Of a stretch of 64,000 bases of DNA, positions 1-12,155 are shown in pieces (position 1 is the first letter of the stretch; every line of letters starts with the position of its first letter). Origin of the DNA: Octopus bimaculoides (Eukaryota). A program made the translations under genes and the position numbers. Under the pieces are notes generated by a model, which was not told where the DNA came from, searched no databases, and worked only from the letters and a program-made list of their open reading frames with translations. The stretch is from contig NC_068981.1 of assembly GCF_001194135.2 (NCBI RefSeq), positions 65,597,070-65,661,069 of the forward strand. The letters are read 5' to 3'.

Positions 1-2019
1 CTGTGCGTGAGAAGACCCGGCAAGCCAAGTAAGATCGTTGCCAGTGCCCCTGGACTGGTTCGTGTGCGGGTGGCACATGAGTAGTAATAGTAGTAATGAT
101 AATAATAATATTAGTAATAATCACTTTTTTCCATGCTCTCATGGGCTAGACAGGTCCCTTCAACATAGCATCTCACTATTTATTGCATCCTGTCGTTCTC
201 TTCTTTATGAAGTTCAACATCCTGAGATCAGCTTTTACCACTCCTACCCACACCTTCCTTCATCTTCTAGTATGGGCACAAAGCTGGGAATTTTTTTTTA
301 ATGGAGAGAGAATAGTTGATTATATTGACCCCAGTACTTGACTGGTACTTTATTTTATCATTCCTGAAATGGTGAAAAGCTTGACGCATGGAATTTGTAA
401 TGTGAAGAAAATGAGAAGTTGTGATACTTGTGTTTTTTTTTTAAATTTATTTTACAAAGACATTTAGACATTAATGGATTAAAATAGTCTCAACTATCAA
501 TCAATACTGGATCCCAAGTTCTCTACTCCTTGCCACTTTGCATCTACCCTATAGCACTAGTTATATATGTGTAGTCGTGATAATAATAAATTACAATATT
601 TTAATTAACCACATACATTTTTTCCTTCAAGACAACAATTAGAGTGAATTATCTTGCCCAGTAATAAAAATTTCAACTTAGCAGTTTGACTAAGAATAAT
701 GGCAATTTGTTATACAACAGACCTAGGCAATCCATGCCAGTACTGAAAACTGGATGTTAAAATGATGGTGAAGAAGAATACTTTTTAACTTTGCTTTGTT
801 GTGTGATTGCAAAAGAGATAAAAAGAAATCTCAAGTAGTTTTGTCTGCAACACAATTTCCTGTATTGCTTTTGTTGTCATTTTAGTTAACTTACATCACT
901 GGTGCCCTTGAAGACAACATAAATGTATTACAATCTCATGTCCACTTCTCTGTAAATCAATGATAAATCTCAAATGATTGATTCAGCATGCTTACTTTAA
1001 CAACCAGTTAAAAGTTTTGCAATCAGTATTTTGTAGAGATATATCTTTAGGTCAAAGTACTTAACATGTAGTGGTTCTGTTTCTTTCTTTCTTTTTTTTT
1101 TTATTCATTATTGTAAGTATGTTGACATTGAATGCAACTGTCTGTGCACACAGCTGAGAGAATATGTTGTGTTCTACTGGGAGGACTTGCTCTAGATGTT
1201 CTGCATGAAGACAGGACCTTCAATTACGATCTAATACCTTATGGAATACATCATAAATGTAAGCGCTTGAGTTTATGCAGATTATCAATGATAACACATA
1301 TCTTGATTTCACTATACTTTTGTTAGCCTCTGTGGCATAGCCAGTGGAATGGATGTAATGAAATGCAATCACTAAAATGTTTGTTCTCAGTTTTGGTGTG
1401 ACAAAACAAACCAGGTATTTTTAATTTTATTTTTCTATGATTCAATTAATGGAGAAAGGACAGGAAAGTGCCTATGACATTTTAGCATGGTCTCTAAGAC
1501 TGGCATGGCAAATAGTAGGAAAATCTCATTATCCTCAGATCAGATACTTGATCTGACCTGTCTAACCTTTGAATGGATCCTGTTACAGAACCTAAAATCA
1601 TGGTGATGGTATTAAATCAGGAAAGGAATTTTAATATCATCACATGTACAAGAGAAGTTGTATTCTCATTCACAGTAATATATGGTTCTCATTGTAGACA
1701 TAGTGATAGTCCATTGAATATTCAAGGAGGAGTAAAGACAGATTTGAGAAAACTGGACATCATTAAAGATGCAAGATGATACATAGAAAAATGGTATGTT
1801 ATATCTGTTTTCTTATGCTGATGTTGGTAAGGATATATGTACCATTGATGTGATCCACATTACCAATGCATTGCCATGTATATCACTGATGATTGCATTT
1901 TTTAATTTTCAAGATAGGTTAGAGGACTGGCAGAAACAACAAAGTATGTAGGCCAATGTCTTGAAAGTACTGTATTTACTTGTGTATAAGTTCTACTATT
2001 TTATACTTTATAGGTAATG

Positions 2020-2456
2020 ACAAGTGGCCGAGACCCTTGGAGATATTCCATGCTTGAGAAGACCCGGCAAGCCAAATAAGACAGTAGTCATGGTTGATGC
2101 CAGTGTTACATAACTGACCCATTTAAAAGCACCCTCCAGTTGTTGGGTGATCTGCCATGCTTGTGAAGACCTTTTGAACCAAGTGAAATCAATGCGATGG
2201 CTGATGCCAGTGCTGATGTCACGTAAAAAGTACAATTTGAGTGTGGCTGATGCCAGTGCTGCCTGACTGGCACCTATGCTGGTGGCATGTAAAAAGCACC
2301 CACCACATACTTGGAGTGGTTGGCATTAGGAAGGGCATCCAGCTGTAGAAACCTTGCCAAAGCAGATTGGGGCCTGGTGCAGCCTCCTGGCTTACCAGTT
2401 CTCAGTCACTGTCCAACTCATGCCAGTATGGAAGGCAGACATTAAACGATGATGAT
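2020..2456 (+). mobile_element. RTE LINE 3' tail copy
   Basis: Shared ...GAGAAGACCCGGCAAGCCAA... junction and ...GACATTAAACGATGATGAT end. Confidence 0.8.
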
Positions 2457-3289
2457 TCCCTGAAAGAAAACTGGGGTGTGACTTAAACTTGGAGCAAAAC
2501 TTAAACTATGAAGGGAAAAATTTTCTACCAAGATTTAACACTAAATTAGGGATGTGACTTATACACAAGTAAATATGGCTATATTCAGTTTCTGCAAGAA
2601 CCACTGACTGTATTTTCACCTTTCCACCACCATCATCATTGTTTTTATGATTGTTTTTCCATGCTAGCATGGGCTGACTGAGTCTTTTTAAGACAGATGC
2701 TCTTCCTAATGTTAGTCTTTTAATCACACAAAGACACAGCATATTAAAAAACAAAAAAACACTGATGAAATAAGTACCAGAAATATACTGCAGTTTATAC
2801 TTGCAGTGTAGTTAGCATAAATAATAGGAAGTGAAATTACATATTTTATCATATTTAATTCGATGTCTCAAGGTTTTGATTCCATCCTTCCAGAGTCAGA
2901 TAAAATATATATTTTTCACATACAAATACAGGATGTACTTCTCTTGACAAAAGAAACAAAAAAATATTGATATAATTTTCATTTGCAGCTTTTGGACTAC
3001 ATAGAACTTTCTATAACAAAGACAGAAACATTCCAGTTTCTTGCTTCCCTTTCCCTTGAAATCTGAGACAGTGCATATGTAACAAGACCTCTATTATGAT
3101 AAGTGGTAAGACTTACTTTAAATATACCTCATAGGGGGCATGAAATCTACAACCTCTTGCTTCACTAGTTATACACTAGCAAGACAGTGTGTTTCATTTA
3201 GAAATAAATCATTCTTTTTTTTGTTTTGTTGGTAATTCTAGTTAAAGCATTGCTTTCAAGGTGGCAAACCAATTTTCACAATATAGAAT

Positions 3290-3450
3290 ATGTATGTATG
3301 CATGCATGCACACACATGCAAGCATGCAGGCATACATGAACACACACATGCACATGCACACACATGCACACACACACACACGCATGCACACACACATACA
3401 CACATGCTCTCTCTCTCTCCCTTTCTCTCTGTCGCCCTCTTTCACTCCCT
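3290..3450. repeat. Degenerate (CA)/(CATG)/(CT) microsatellite
   Basis: Direct inspection; source of spurious HTHT/CVCM ORFs. Confidence 0.85.
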
Positions 3451-4499
3451 CCTCTCTTTCCCTCTAATTTTTCACAATTTGGTATGAATATATGGTATTC
3501 TAGCTGAATGGTGAATCTTTTGCAGTTGCATATTTTTTATCTGTGAAGTGCACATGTCCAAATCAATATAGTAAGAGATTAACAGCTAAGGATTTAGTGT
3601 TTTGTATCCTGTCCCATCGCTATGTGTTGAAATTTGAATCACAACAGATGAATGCACCTATCTCTAAGAAGCTTTTTTTCTATTTGCTTAACTTCAATTA
3701 TTGTTGATGATTTGGTCCTATATCAGCTCTGACTAAGCTGCAGATCTATGATGAAATGCATACCATTTGTGAGCATCTCATCTCCTCAACATTTATTTTT
3801 TGTAGGTCTTAAGTCAAAAAAGGTACCTTTACTTCTAAGACATTAGTGTGATAGTTGAGGATATGGCTACTGTTCTTAGCAGCTTTAATGATGATATAGA
3901 GCTTCATTTGTTGGCTCAAATTCCTTGTCTTTTAGCTTTGGGTTTAGCCTTCATCAAGTAGACTTGTGATCTAAGGCATTCCAGCTGTGACCATCCTGTC
4001 TCTTTTCTATGCAGAAAACTCAAGTCAACATTATCCAACATGCTCTTTTTTCTTTTTGAGAAGGTAGGGCTGAGAGAACGTTGGCTGTTATTACTAACAA
4101 GTCAAGCAACCTTATAGAGGCTCCCTCACTGACTTGAAATTCATCAGTGATGAACAGAAGTAAAATGATCAAATGGGTAAAATACTCTAGCCTATGATCC
4201 TTTAGTTCAAAGAACACTAACTTATTAAGGTTTATTTACATTTTTTCTTCCTCAAAGAGGAATATATATATGTTATATCTCCTGAGAATGTTACCTTCAA
4301 TATATATACTAGGTGTTCTGTTCAAGTTGAGACCCTTAATGCTAAATATGTTGGGGGATAAATCTGACTTCATGAATGAACTCCTTATACATGGGGACAT
4401 AAATAAAAAGAAAATTAATGATAAAAGATGATAAAGAGCCAAAATACAGTAAGGTTAATGAGATTTAATTTTCAAATTTTTTTTTCAGGTTTTAAAATA

Positions 4500-4905
4500 G
4501 GCATAGGAGTGGCTGTGTGGTAAGTAGTTTGCTTACCAACCACATGGTCCCGGGTTCATTCGCACTCCGTGGCACCTTGGGCAAGTGTCTTCTACTATAG
4601 CTTCGGGCCAACCAAAGCCTTGTGAGTGGATTTGGTAGACGGAAACTGAAAGAAGCCCATCATATATATGTATGTATATATGTATGTGTGTGTGTGTATA
4701 TGTTTGTGTGTCTGTGTTTGTACCCCCAACATCACTTGACAACCGATGCTGGTGTGTTTACGTCCCCGTAACTTAGTGGTTTGGCAAAATAGACATAGAA
4801 TAAGTACTAGGCTTCCAAAGAATAAGTCCTGGGGTCGATTTGCTCGACTAAAGGCGGTGCTCCAGCATAGCTGCAGTCAAATGACTGAAACAAGTAAAAA
4901 GTATA
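4500..4905 (+). mobile_element. tRNA-derived SINE, family A (full length)
   Basis: Head GGAGTGGCTGTGTGGTAAG...GGGTTC (A/B box-like), internal (TA/TG)n, tail GACTGAAACAAGTAAAA; copies at 16946-17375 (+) and 52675-53060 (-). Confidence 0.8.
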
Positions 4906-6250
4906 AAATATACAGCATATATTAACTTGAGGGTATATTTTCTCTACTTTAGGCACAAGGCCCATAATTTATGGGGAGACGGCCAGTCACAACTAGTACT
5001 TAATTTATCAACCCCGAAAGGATGAAAGGCAAAGTCGACCTTGGCGGAATTTGAACTCAGAATGTAAAGACAGATGAAATACTGTTTAGCATTTCACCTG
5101 GCGTGCTAACATTTCTGCCAACTCACCACCTTTAACTTGAGGGTGTATTATGACACTTCTTCACCACTGTCTCCTCTCTTTTCCCAACTGGGGTGGCCAT
5201 GTATCTTCTCTAGTGCAATACGCTTGTTTCTGTGCCAACCATCATGCTTTAGCTTCTCATCACCTGGCATCAAGTCACCTCCCTCAATACTACTCCATGA
5301 CTCATTTGAGGGATTTTCTCTTGCAAGTCCCTTGATGACCCCATTAGTGCCAGTGCCACATAAAAAGTACCCAGTTACACTCTGAAAACAGGTTGGCATT
5401 AGGAAGAGAATCCAACCATAGAAACCATGACAAAGCAAACACTGGGGCTTGGCACTATCCTCTAGCTCACCACTTCTATCAAACCACCCAACCCATGCCA
5501 GCATGGAAAACAGACATTAAACAATGATGATGATGGTGATAGATAGATAGATAGATAGATGGATAGATAGATAGACAAACAGATAAACCTTTCTCTTTCT
5601 TCCACTTCTTTCTGGATAAGGGGCTGTGTATGATACTGGTTGCATAAATGTGATATCCTGATAACACTAAAAGTAGAAGACCAATAAAGGCAGCAAAGAA
5701 ACAGAATCAGTATCACCTGTAAGGTGTATAATGTGTATCGTTATCATCTTCCACCACATCTTCATAATTTTCCTCTTCCATATCATCATCATTATTATTA
5801 ATTCTTGGGTTCTGTGGGGTTTTTTTCCACTTTTCATTGTTCAAGATAATTGCAGTAGACACGTGCAGGGCTTTGTAGTTAACAAGCCACTTTGCAACTA
5901 CATGGTTTCAGATTCAGTCCTACATCATAGTTTCTTGGGCACATGGGCAAGTGTATTTTACTATAGCTCCTGATAACCCAATGCATTATGAATGTGTTTT
6001 GTAGACAGAAACTGTGTGGAAATCAATCTTGTGTAACTGTGTGTGTATGTGTGTGTGGGTGTACTATATATATACATATATATATATAGATTCAAGGTGA
6101 ATATGGTACTTAAGTTTAGGCTGAGGATTGCTCTGCATTTTACATTTGATGTAATGTTCACATTGCTTAAATAAATGGAGTCACATGAAACGATTGTACT
6201 GCATTAACTTTGAATATCTTTGCTGCTTATTTTGATTTATATATATATAT

Positions 6251-6756
6251 CATCATCATCATCACCATCGTTTAACGTCCGCCTTCCATGCTAGCATGGG
6301 TTGGACGATTTGACTGAGGACTGGCGAACCAGCTGGATGCCCTTCCTAACACCAATCACTCTGAGAGTGTAGTGGGTGCTTTTACGTGCCACCGGCACGA
6401 AGGCCAGTCAGGCGGTACTGGCAACGGCCACACTCAAAATGGTGTATTTTACATGCCACCTGCACAGGAGCTAGTCCAGCGACTCTGGCAATGACCCCGC
6501 TCGAATGTCTTTTCATGTGCCACCAGCACAAGTGCCAGGAAGGAGACGTTGGTAACGATCATGCTCAAATGGTGCTATTTACGTGCCACTGGCACGGATG
6601 CCAGACAGCTGCTCTGGCAACAATCACGCTCGGACAGTGCTCTTAGCACTCCACTGGTACAGGTACCATCACGATTTCGCTTTCACTTGCTCCAACAGGT
6701 CTTCGCAAGCCGGGCTTAGTGTCCAATGAAGGAGACGTTGGCATGGGTGCCAGTCA
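6251..6756 (-). mobile_element. RTE LINE 3' tail copy inserted in a (TA)n tract
   Basis: Reverse complement of the RTE tail; (TA)n on both sides. Confidence 0.8.
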
Positions 6757-7695
6757 TATATTATATATATATATATATATATACTTATGATGCTATTCAA
6801 TTCCTTGCTTTGTTTGAAAGCTCAACCAATGTATCAAAATTCCATTCACAAAAACCTTTATCTTCTGCTTTTTTTTGTGCAAATGTTGCACTCTAAAATG
6901 GGCTTTAATATGTCATAGTGGGCTTATGATATCATTATGGTGACAATACCTTCCATGGAAATGAGTAACAGCCAAAAATTGAACAAGTATATAAATGTAT
7001 CAAATATATTTATAAAAAATATCATTGTGAGCANNNNNNNNNNNNNNNNNNNNNNNNNNNNNNNNNNNNNNNNNNNNNNNNNNNNNNNNNNNNNNNNNNN
7101 NNNNNNNNNNNNNNNNNNNNNNNNNNNNNNNNNNNNNNNNNNNNNNNNNNNNNNNNNNNNNNNNNNNNNNNNNNNNNNNNNNNNNNNNNNNNNNNNNNNN
7201 NNNNNNNNNNNNNNNNNNNNNNNNNNNNNNNNNNNNNNNNNNNNNNNNNNNNNNNNNNNNNNNNNNNNNNNNNNNNNNNNNNNNNNNNNNNNNNNNNNNN
7301 NNNNNNNNNNNNNNNNNNNNNNNNNNNNNNNNNNNNNNNNNNNNNNNNNNNNNNNNNNNNNNNNNNNNNNNNNNNNNNNNNNNNNNNNNNNNNNNNNNNN
7401 NNNNNNNNNNNNNNNNNNNNNNNNNNNNNNNNNNNNNNNNNNNNNNNNNNNNNNNNNNNNNNNNNNNNNNNNNNNNNNNNNNNNNNNNNNNNNNNNNNNN
7501 NNNNNNNNNNNNNNNNNNNNNNNNNNNNNNNNNNNNNNNNNNNNNNNNNNNNNNNNNNNNNNNNNNNNNNNNNNNNNNNNNNNNNNNNNNNNNNNNNNNN
7601 NNNNNNNNNNNNNNNNNNNNNNNNNNNNNNNNNNNNNNNNNNNNNNNNNNNNNNNNNNNNNNNNNNNNNNNNNNNNNNNNNNNNNNNNNNNNNNN

Positions 7696-7792
7696 ATAAC
7701 AAAAAAAACGTTACTCTGAGTTTCACGTTCCCGTTCAACAAAACTGTCCGATGAACGGGAACGTGAAACTCAGAGTAACGGTTTTTTTGTTA
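7696..7792. repeat. 42-bp inverted repeat with a short spacer, overlapping the hammerhead
   Basis: 7696-7737 ATAACAAAAAAAACGTTACTCTGAGTTTCACGTTCCCGTTCA is the reverse complement of TGAACGGGAACGTGAAACTCAGAGTAACGGTTTTTTTGTTAT with one mismatch. Confidence 0.9.
7740..7785 (+). ncRNA. Minimal type I hammerhead ribozyme fold (U4C variant, palindromic stem III), Penelope-like-element type
   Basis: AAAACTGT CCGATGA ACG-GGAA-CGT GAAA CTC-A-GAGT A ACGGTTTT. Stem I 8 bp (one G-U), stem II 3 bp with a GNRA loop, GAAA intact, stem III ACTC/GAGT with a 1-nt loop, GUA triplet. AATAAA follows at 7810-7815. Confidence 0.7.
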
Positions 7793-7886
7793 TATTTCTG
7801 CTGCTTTTAAATAAAGCATATTACTCTACCTCTGGTATTTGAGTACTCTTTTTTCCACCTTGTTGCACATTTCATGTGCTTACTCC

Positions 7887-7923
<37 letters not shown>

Positions 7924-9794
7924 TTATGATGCTATTCAATTCCTTGCTTTGTTTGAAAGCTCAACCAATGTATCAAAATTCCATTCACAAAAACCTTTAT
8001 CTTCTGCTTTTTTTTGTGCAAATGTTGCACTCTAAAATGGGCTTTAATATGTCATAGTGGGCTTATGATATCATTATGGTGACAATACCTTCCATGGAAA
8101 TGAGTAACAGCCAAAAATTGAACAAGTATATAAATGTATCAAATATATTTATAAAAAATATCATTGTGAGCAACGACTGGTATTTTTACAAGAATTGTAA
8201 CAGCTTTTTGATGATTTTTTAAATTTGCAATTATTTTCATATATTCCGTTCAGCTGTTGAAACTGAGGGAATGTTGTCTCCGTACGTTTGCATACAATTA
8301 ATATTTTACTATAACTGGCAGCATGTGCTACTCATCGAAGTGTACTTGGAAACAGTTTTTCAAGAATTTTGTGGTTTGCATGTTTCCATCCATCTACAGG
8401 TAGATGGTAGCATTTAATCATGAAGTGTACTTGGAAAAAGGAAAAAAAAAAATTATAAATGAAAGATGTAAACTACTATTGGAACTTTGTAGTTTGCAGT
8501 TTCCTCTAAAAGTTTGGGAAAATAATAATCTTTTGTATTTCACAGTAAAGATAACATAAGTTCAACTGATACTGGATAAACATATGATCCCTTCTCATTT
8601 CATTCTGACATGAACTCTGAGTGGATAGACCTATGACCAAAAGCATTTTAGCCATGACTGTCTCTTATGTTTATAAACATAATGTATCCAGGACTATACT
8701 GTTCAATGTATCCTTCCTTTTTTTAAGTCTTTAAGGTGTATTTGAAGGAGACTTGGCTGGAAATTTCAACTGAGCAAGTGACTAAGTAGATGCTCCCTCG
8801 TTATCTTGCTCGTAAATGTTTTTATTTCTGTTATTGAGAAAATGAGGAAATATTTAAATTTATTTACCTCTGCCTTTATTTACTGTTTCCCAGCATCACA
8901 GATTTTTCTTCCCACCACCATCACCACTAAAATAATTCAGTAACTCTCAAAAATTTCCTGTGCATCTAATATTATGTTTTTTATATGTCAATTTGAGGCT
9001 CATCCCCATTCTGTAGAAAGAAAAAAATACAGACTATAAATAATCAACAGGATCTATATTTCACTACTTGATAAAGTATATGAAAATAATGAGATCTTAT
9101 TTTTATGCTTATCTTTGTTAGAAAAATTTTCAAGTCAAAAGTGGGATGTGTTCTCAAACTTGGAGCATTTTGATGCTGGGAAATACTGAAGGCACTCCCA
9201 TTTACTATAGATATACCAACTCACTTTGATTTATTTTTCAAGCAATTTTATTAAATGTAGTTGTACATTTGTGTCTACAGGTCAAACTTCTGTGAGTGAA
9301 ACTCTTCATGTCATAACTGAGATATGCTAGTGAAATAAATTAGTTTTTAACTTTGATCACAAATGTGGGGCTCTTGATTCTGTAATAAGTGTTCAGTGTG
9401 AAACTTAACACTAACAAAATTTTATTTTATTATTTAATCAACATTTAAAAAAATTTTTAAACATTTGATCCAAGAGTGTAGAAATTTCATTATTAATAAT
9501 ATTTTATCTTACCATTTTGTTAATCCTGGCAGGAAATATATGAAATCATTTCATTTCAGTTAAATTTAATGTTTATGGAAAAATAAATAATAATAGTAAT
9601 AAAATCAAGCAATTTATTAAGAAAAGCTGAAAACAAAACAAAATGAAAAATATCAAGATAATGAAAAGTAATAAAAATAAAAAATTTTTTTTAATATTTC
9701 TGAATTAGATAGTAAAAACAAACAGATCTGGGCTGCACATCGTAAGAATTAATTTTAGATATTGTTTTTCCATCAGTACAGTACTTTTTTTTAT

Positions 9795-10747
9795 NNNNNN
9801 NNNNNNNNNNNNNNNNNNNNNNNNNNNNNNNNNNNNNNNNNNNNNNNNNNNNNNNNNNNNNNNNNNNNNNNNNNNNNNNNNNNNNNNNNNNNNNNNNNNN
9901 NNNNNNNNNNNNNNNNNNNNNNNNNNNNNNNNNNNNNNNNNNNNNNNNNNNNNNNNNNNNNNNNNNNNNNNNNNNNNNNNNNNNNNNNNNNNNNNNNNNN
10001 NNNNNNNNNNNNNNNNNNNNNNNNNNNNNNNNNNNNNNNNNNNNNNNNNNNNNNNNNNNNNNNNNNNNNNNNNNNNNNNNNNNNNNNNNNNNNNNNNNNN
10101 NNNNNNNNNNNNNNNNNNNNNNNNNNNNNNNNNNNNNNNNNNNNNNNNNNNNNNNNNNNNNNNNNNNNNNNNNNNNNNNNNNNNNNNNNNNNNNNNNNNN
10201 NNNNNNNNNNNNNNNNNNNNNNNNNNNNNNNNNNNNNNNNNNNNNNNNNNNNNNNNNNNNNNNNNNNNNNNNNNNNNNNNNNNNNNNNNNNNNNNNNNNN
10301 NNNNNNNNNNNNNNNNNNNNNNNNNNNNNNNNNNNNNNNNNNNNNNNNNNNNNNNNNNNNNNNNNNNNNNNNNNNNNNNNNNNNNNNNNNNNNNNNNNNN
10401 NNNNNNNNNNNNNNNNNNNNNNNNNNNNNNNNNNNNNNNNNNNNNNNNNNNNNNNNNNNNNNNNNNNNNNNNNNNNNNNNNNNNNNNNNNNNNNNNNNNN
10501 NNNNNNNNNNNNNNNNNNNNNNNNNNNNNNNNNNNNNNNNNNNNNNNNNNNNNNNNNNNNNNNNNNNNNNNNNNNNNNNNNNNNNNNNNNNNNNNNNNNN
10601 NNNNNNNNNNNNNNNNNNNNNNNNNNNNNNNNNNNNNNNNNNNNNNNNNNNNNNNNNNNNNNNNNNNNNNNNNNNNNNNNNNNNNNNNNNNNNNNNNNNN
10701 NNNNNNNNNNNNNNNNNNNNNNNNNNNNNNNNNNNNNNNNNNNNNNN
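9795..10747. other. Assembly gap (others: 7034-7695, 15128-15243, 15846-15855, 17124-17171, 25334-25343)
   Basis: Runs of N. Confidence 1.
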
Positions 10748-12061
10748 TAATACAACGTAAGCATTTCTTGTCTTTACAACTTTAATTAACTTTTCAGCAA
10801 GAGATGATAGACTTAAAAAAAAGTAATTATTTCAGTATTTTTCATTAATCTGTAATGTCTATCTTTTTGCAGCAAAAGAGACTATGTTAAGATTCTCCAT
10901 ACTGGGTGAAGAAAACTATGTTCCAGAGCAGTCATTTGTTTTTAGTGACTGGTATTAGCATATCTTTAAAATACAATCTTCAGGTAAGGGGGCTTCAATA
11001 TTACTGGCAACTGAACTGATAATAAGCCTCTCTATAGAATCTTGAAAATGTTTGTTTCAGATCTTCCTGCTGTTTAACTTTCATGAGAAGGCATATATCA
11101 TCTATCTTTTTTAACACTTATGTTAAAACATTTATGTTAGAAGCTTAGATATTTTTGTGGCTATTCAGAGGTTTGCAAAGCTTCAAATTGTTTTGTCATT
11201 TTTTTTGCCTGAAACATTAATCCAGCAGATTTGGGCAGTATTTGATTTTAGGATAAACTTGATTAGAAATATGCCTTCAGTGAGATATTTGTAGTCAATG
11301 TCAGTTTTAATATAGTCTAAAAAAAAAAAAAATAGTGGTACTGTATTTATGCTAGCATTTTCAGGCTACAAGTTTAGAAATGATTTCAGCAAATTTTATA
11401 TTGATTAACAAGGAAAATATGATAATATCTGCTGGGAGAATTTAATAGGCTGCATGTCTAATCTATAAGGAATATGTAATTCTTCTATATTTCTTAGTTA
11501 ATATAATTCTTACTGTTACATTACATCACATTTCAGAATACTTATCAGATAGTCAATTCTCATATAATAGAAAATCACACATTCACTTTGAGCATCATTA
11601 AGTTCTAATATGTCATCAGTAAATACATGTTGCATTCCTACACATATATTGTTCTTGTTCAAGTCAGCAAAATTTAGCTGCTTTTGAAGAAAAGCTTTTT
11701 TTTCTTTTTTTAACATTAAAAGAACTACATATTTTAAAATGGGATGTGGAGAAAAGTCTACTAATGTTCAGCCCAGGGACTCAATGAATAATAAGCAAAA
11801 TGTTTTGTAAGAAAATACTAGGAAAATAAAAAATAAAAATCTAATATGAAAACAGAGGGGCTATTCTTTTCTCTTGTAAATATTCTCTTGACCAACTCTC
11901 CATTTCCTTGTTAATTATTTCCTTATTATTAATTATTATTAATGTTCATTTCATATATACTTCTTTCCATGTATTCTGTGATTTCTTTCTGTTGTTTTCA
12001 ATCATCATAGAAATAACAGCCGATATTTAGAAATTTCTATGACGACTGTTACAATTATCTT

Positions 12062-12106
12062 TATATATATATATATATATATAAGGAGTCAGTTGTTTGA
12101 CAGTGT

Positions 12107-12152
<46 letters not shown>
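12062..12152. repeat. (TA)n microsatellites
   Basis: Direct inspection; others at about 6757-6783, 7889-7922, 21450-21520 and 32570-32640. Confidence 0.9.

Positions 12153-12155
<3 letters not shown>

Larger units (their letters stand above)
6784..8172 (+). repeat. 250-bp apparently identical direct duplication around an assembly gap (6784-7033 = 7923-8172)
   Basis: No difference seen by eye; N gap 7034-7695 lies between the copies. Confidence 0.9.

Noticed and set aside
1700-3107. Plus-strand AG...GT bounded segments at about 1701-1794 and 2989-3107
   Set aside because: Stops in the plausible frames; could be lncRNA exons but cannot be supported from sequence alone.
5585-5717. Minus-strand ORF 5462..5716 with an acceptor-like CCTTACAG (VILILFLCCLYW...)
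   Set aside because: No recognisable homology, weak pyrimidine tract, no partner exons, and it runs into a microsatellite.
8262-8292. CTGAGGGAATGTTGTCTCCGTACGTTTG, reminiscent of a degenerate PLE hammerhead end
   Set aside because: Neither CUGANGA nor GAAA is intact and no convincing stem I or III can be drawn.
6937-10764. Long ORFs of 239-357 aa in the track
   Set aside because: Composed of X from N gaps.
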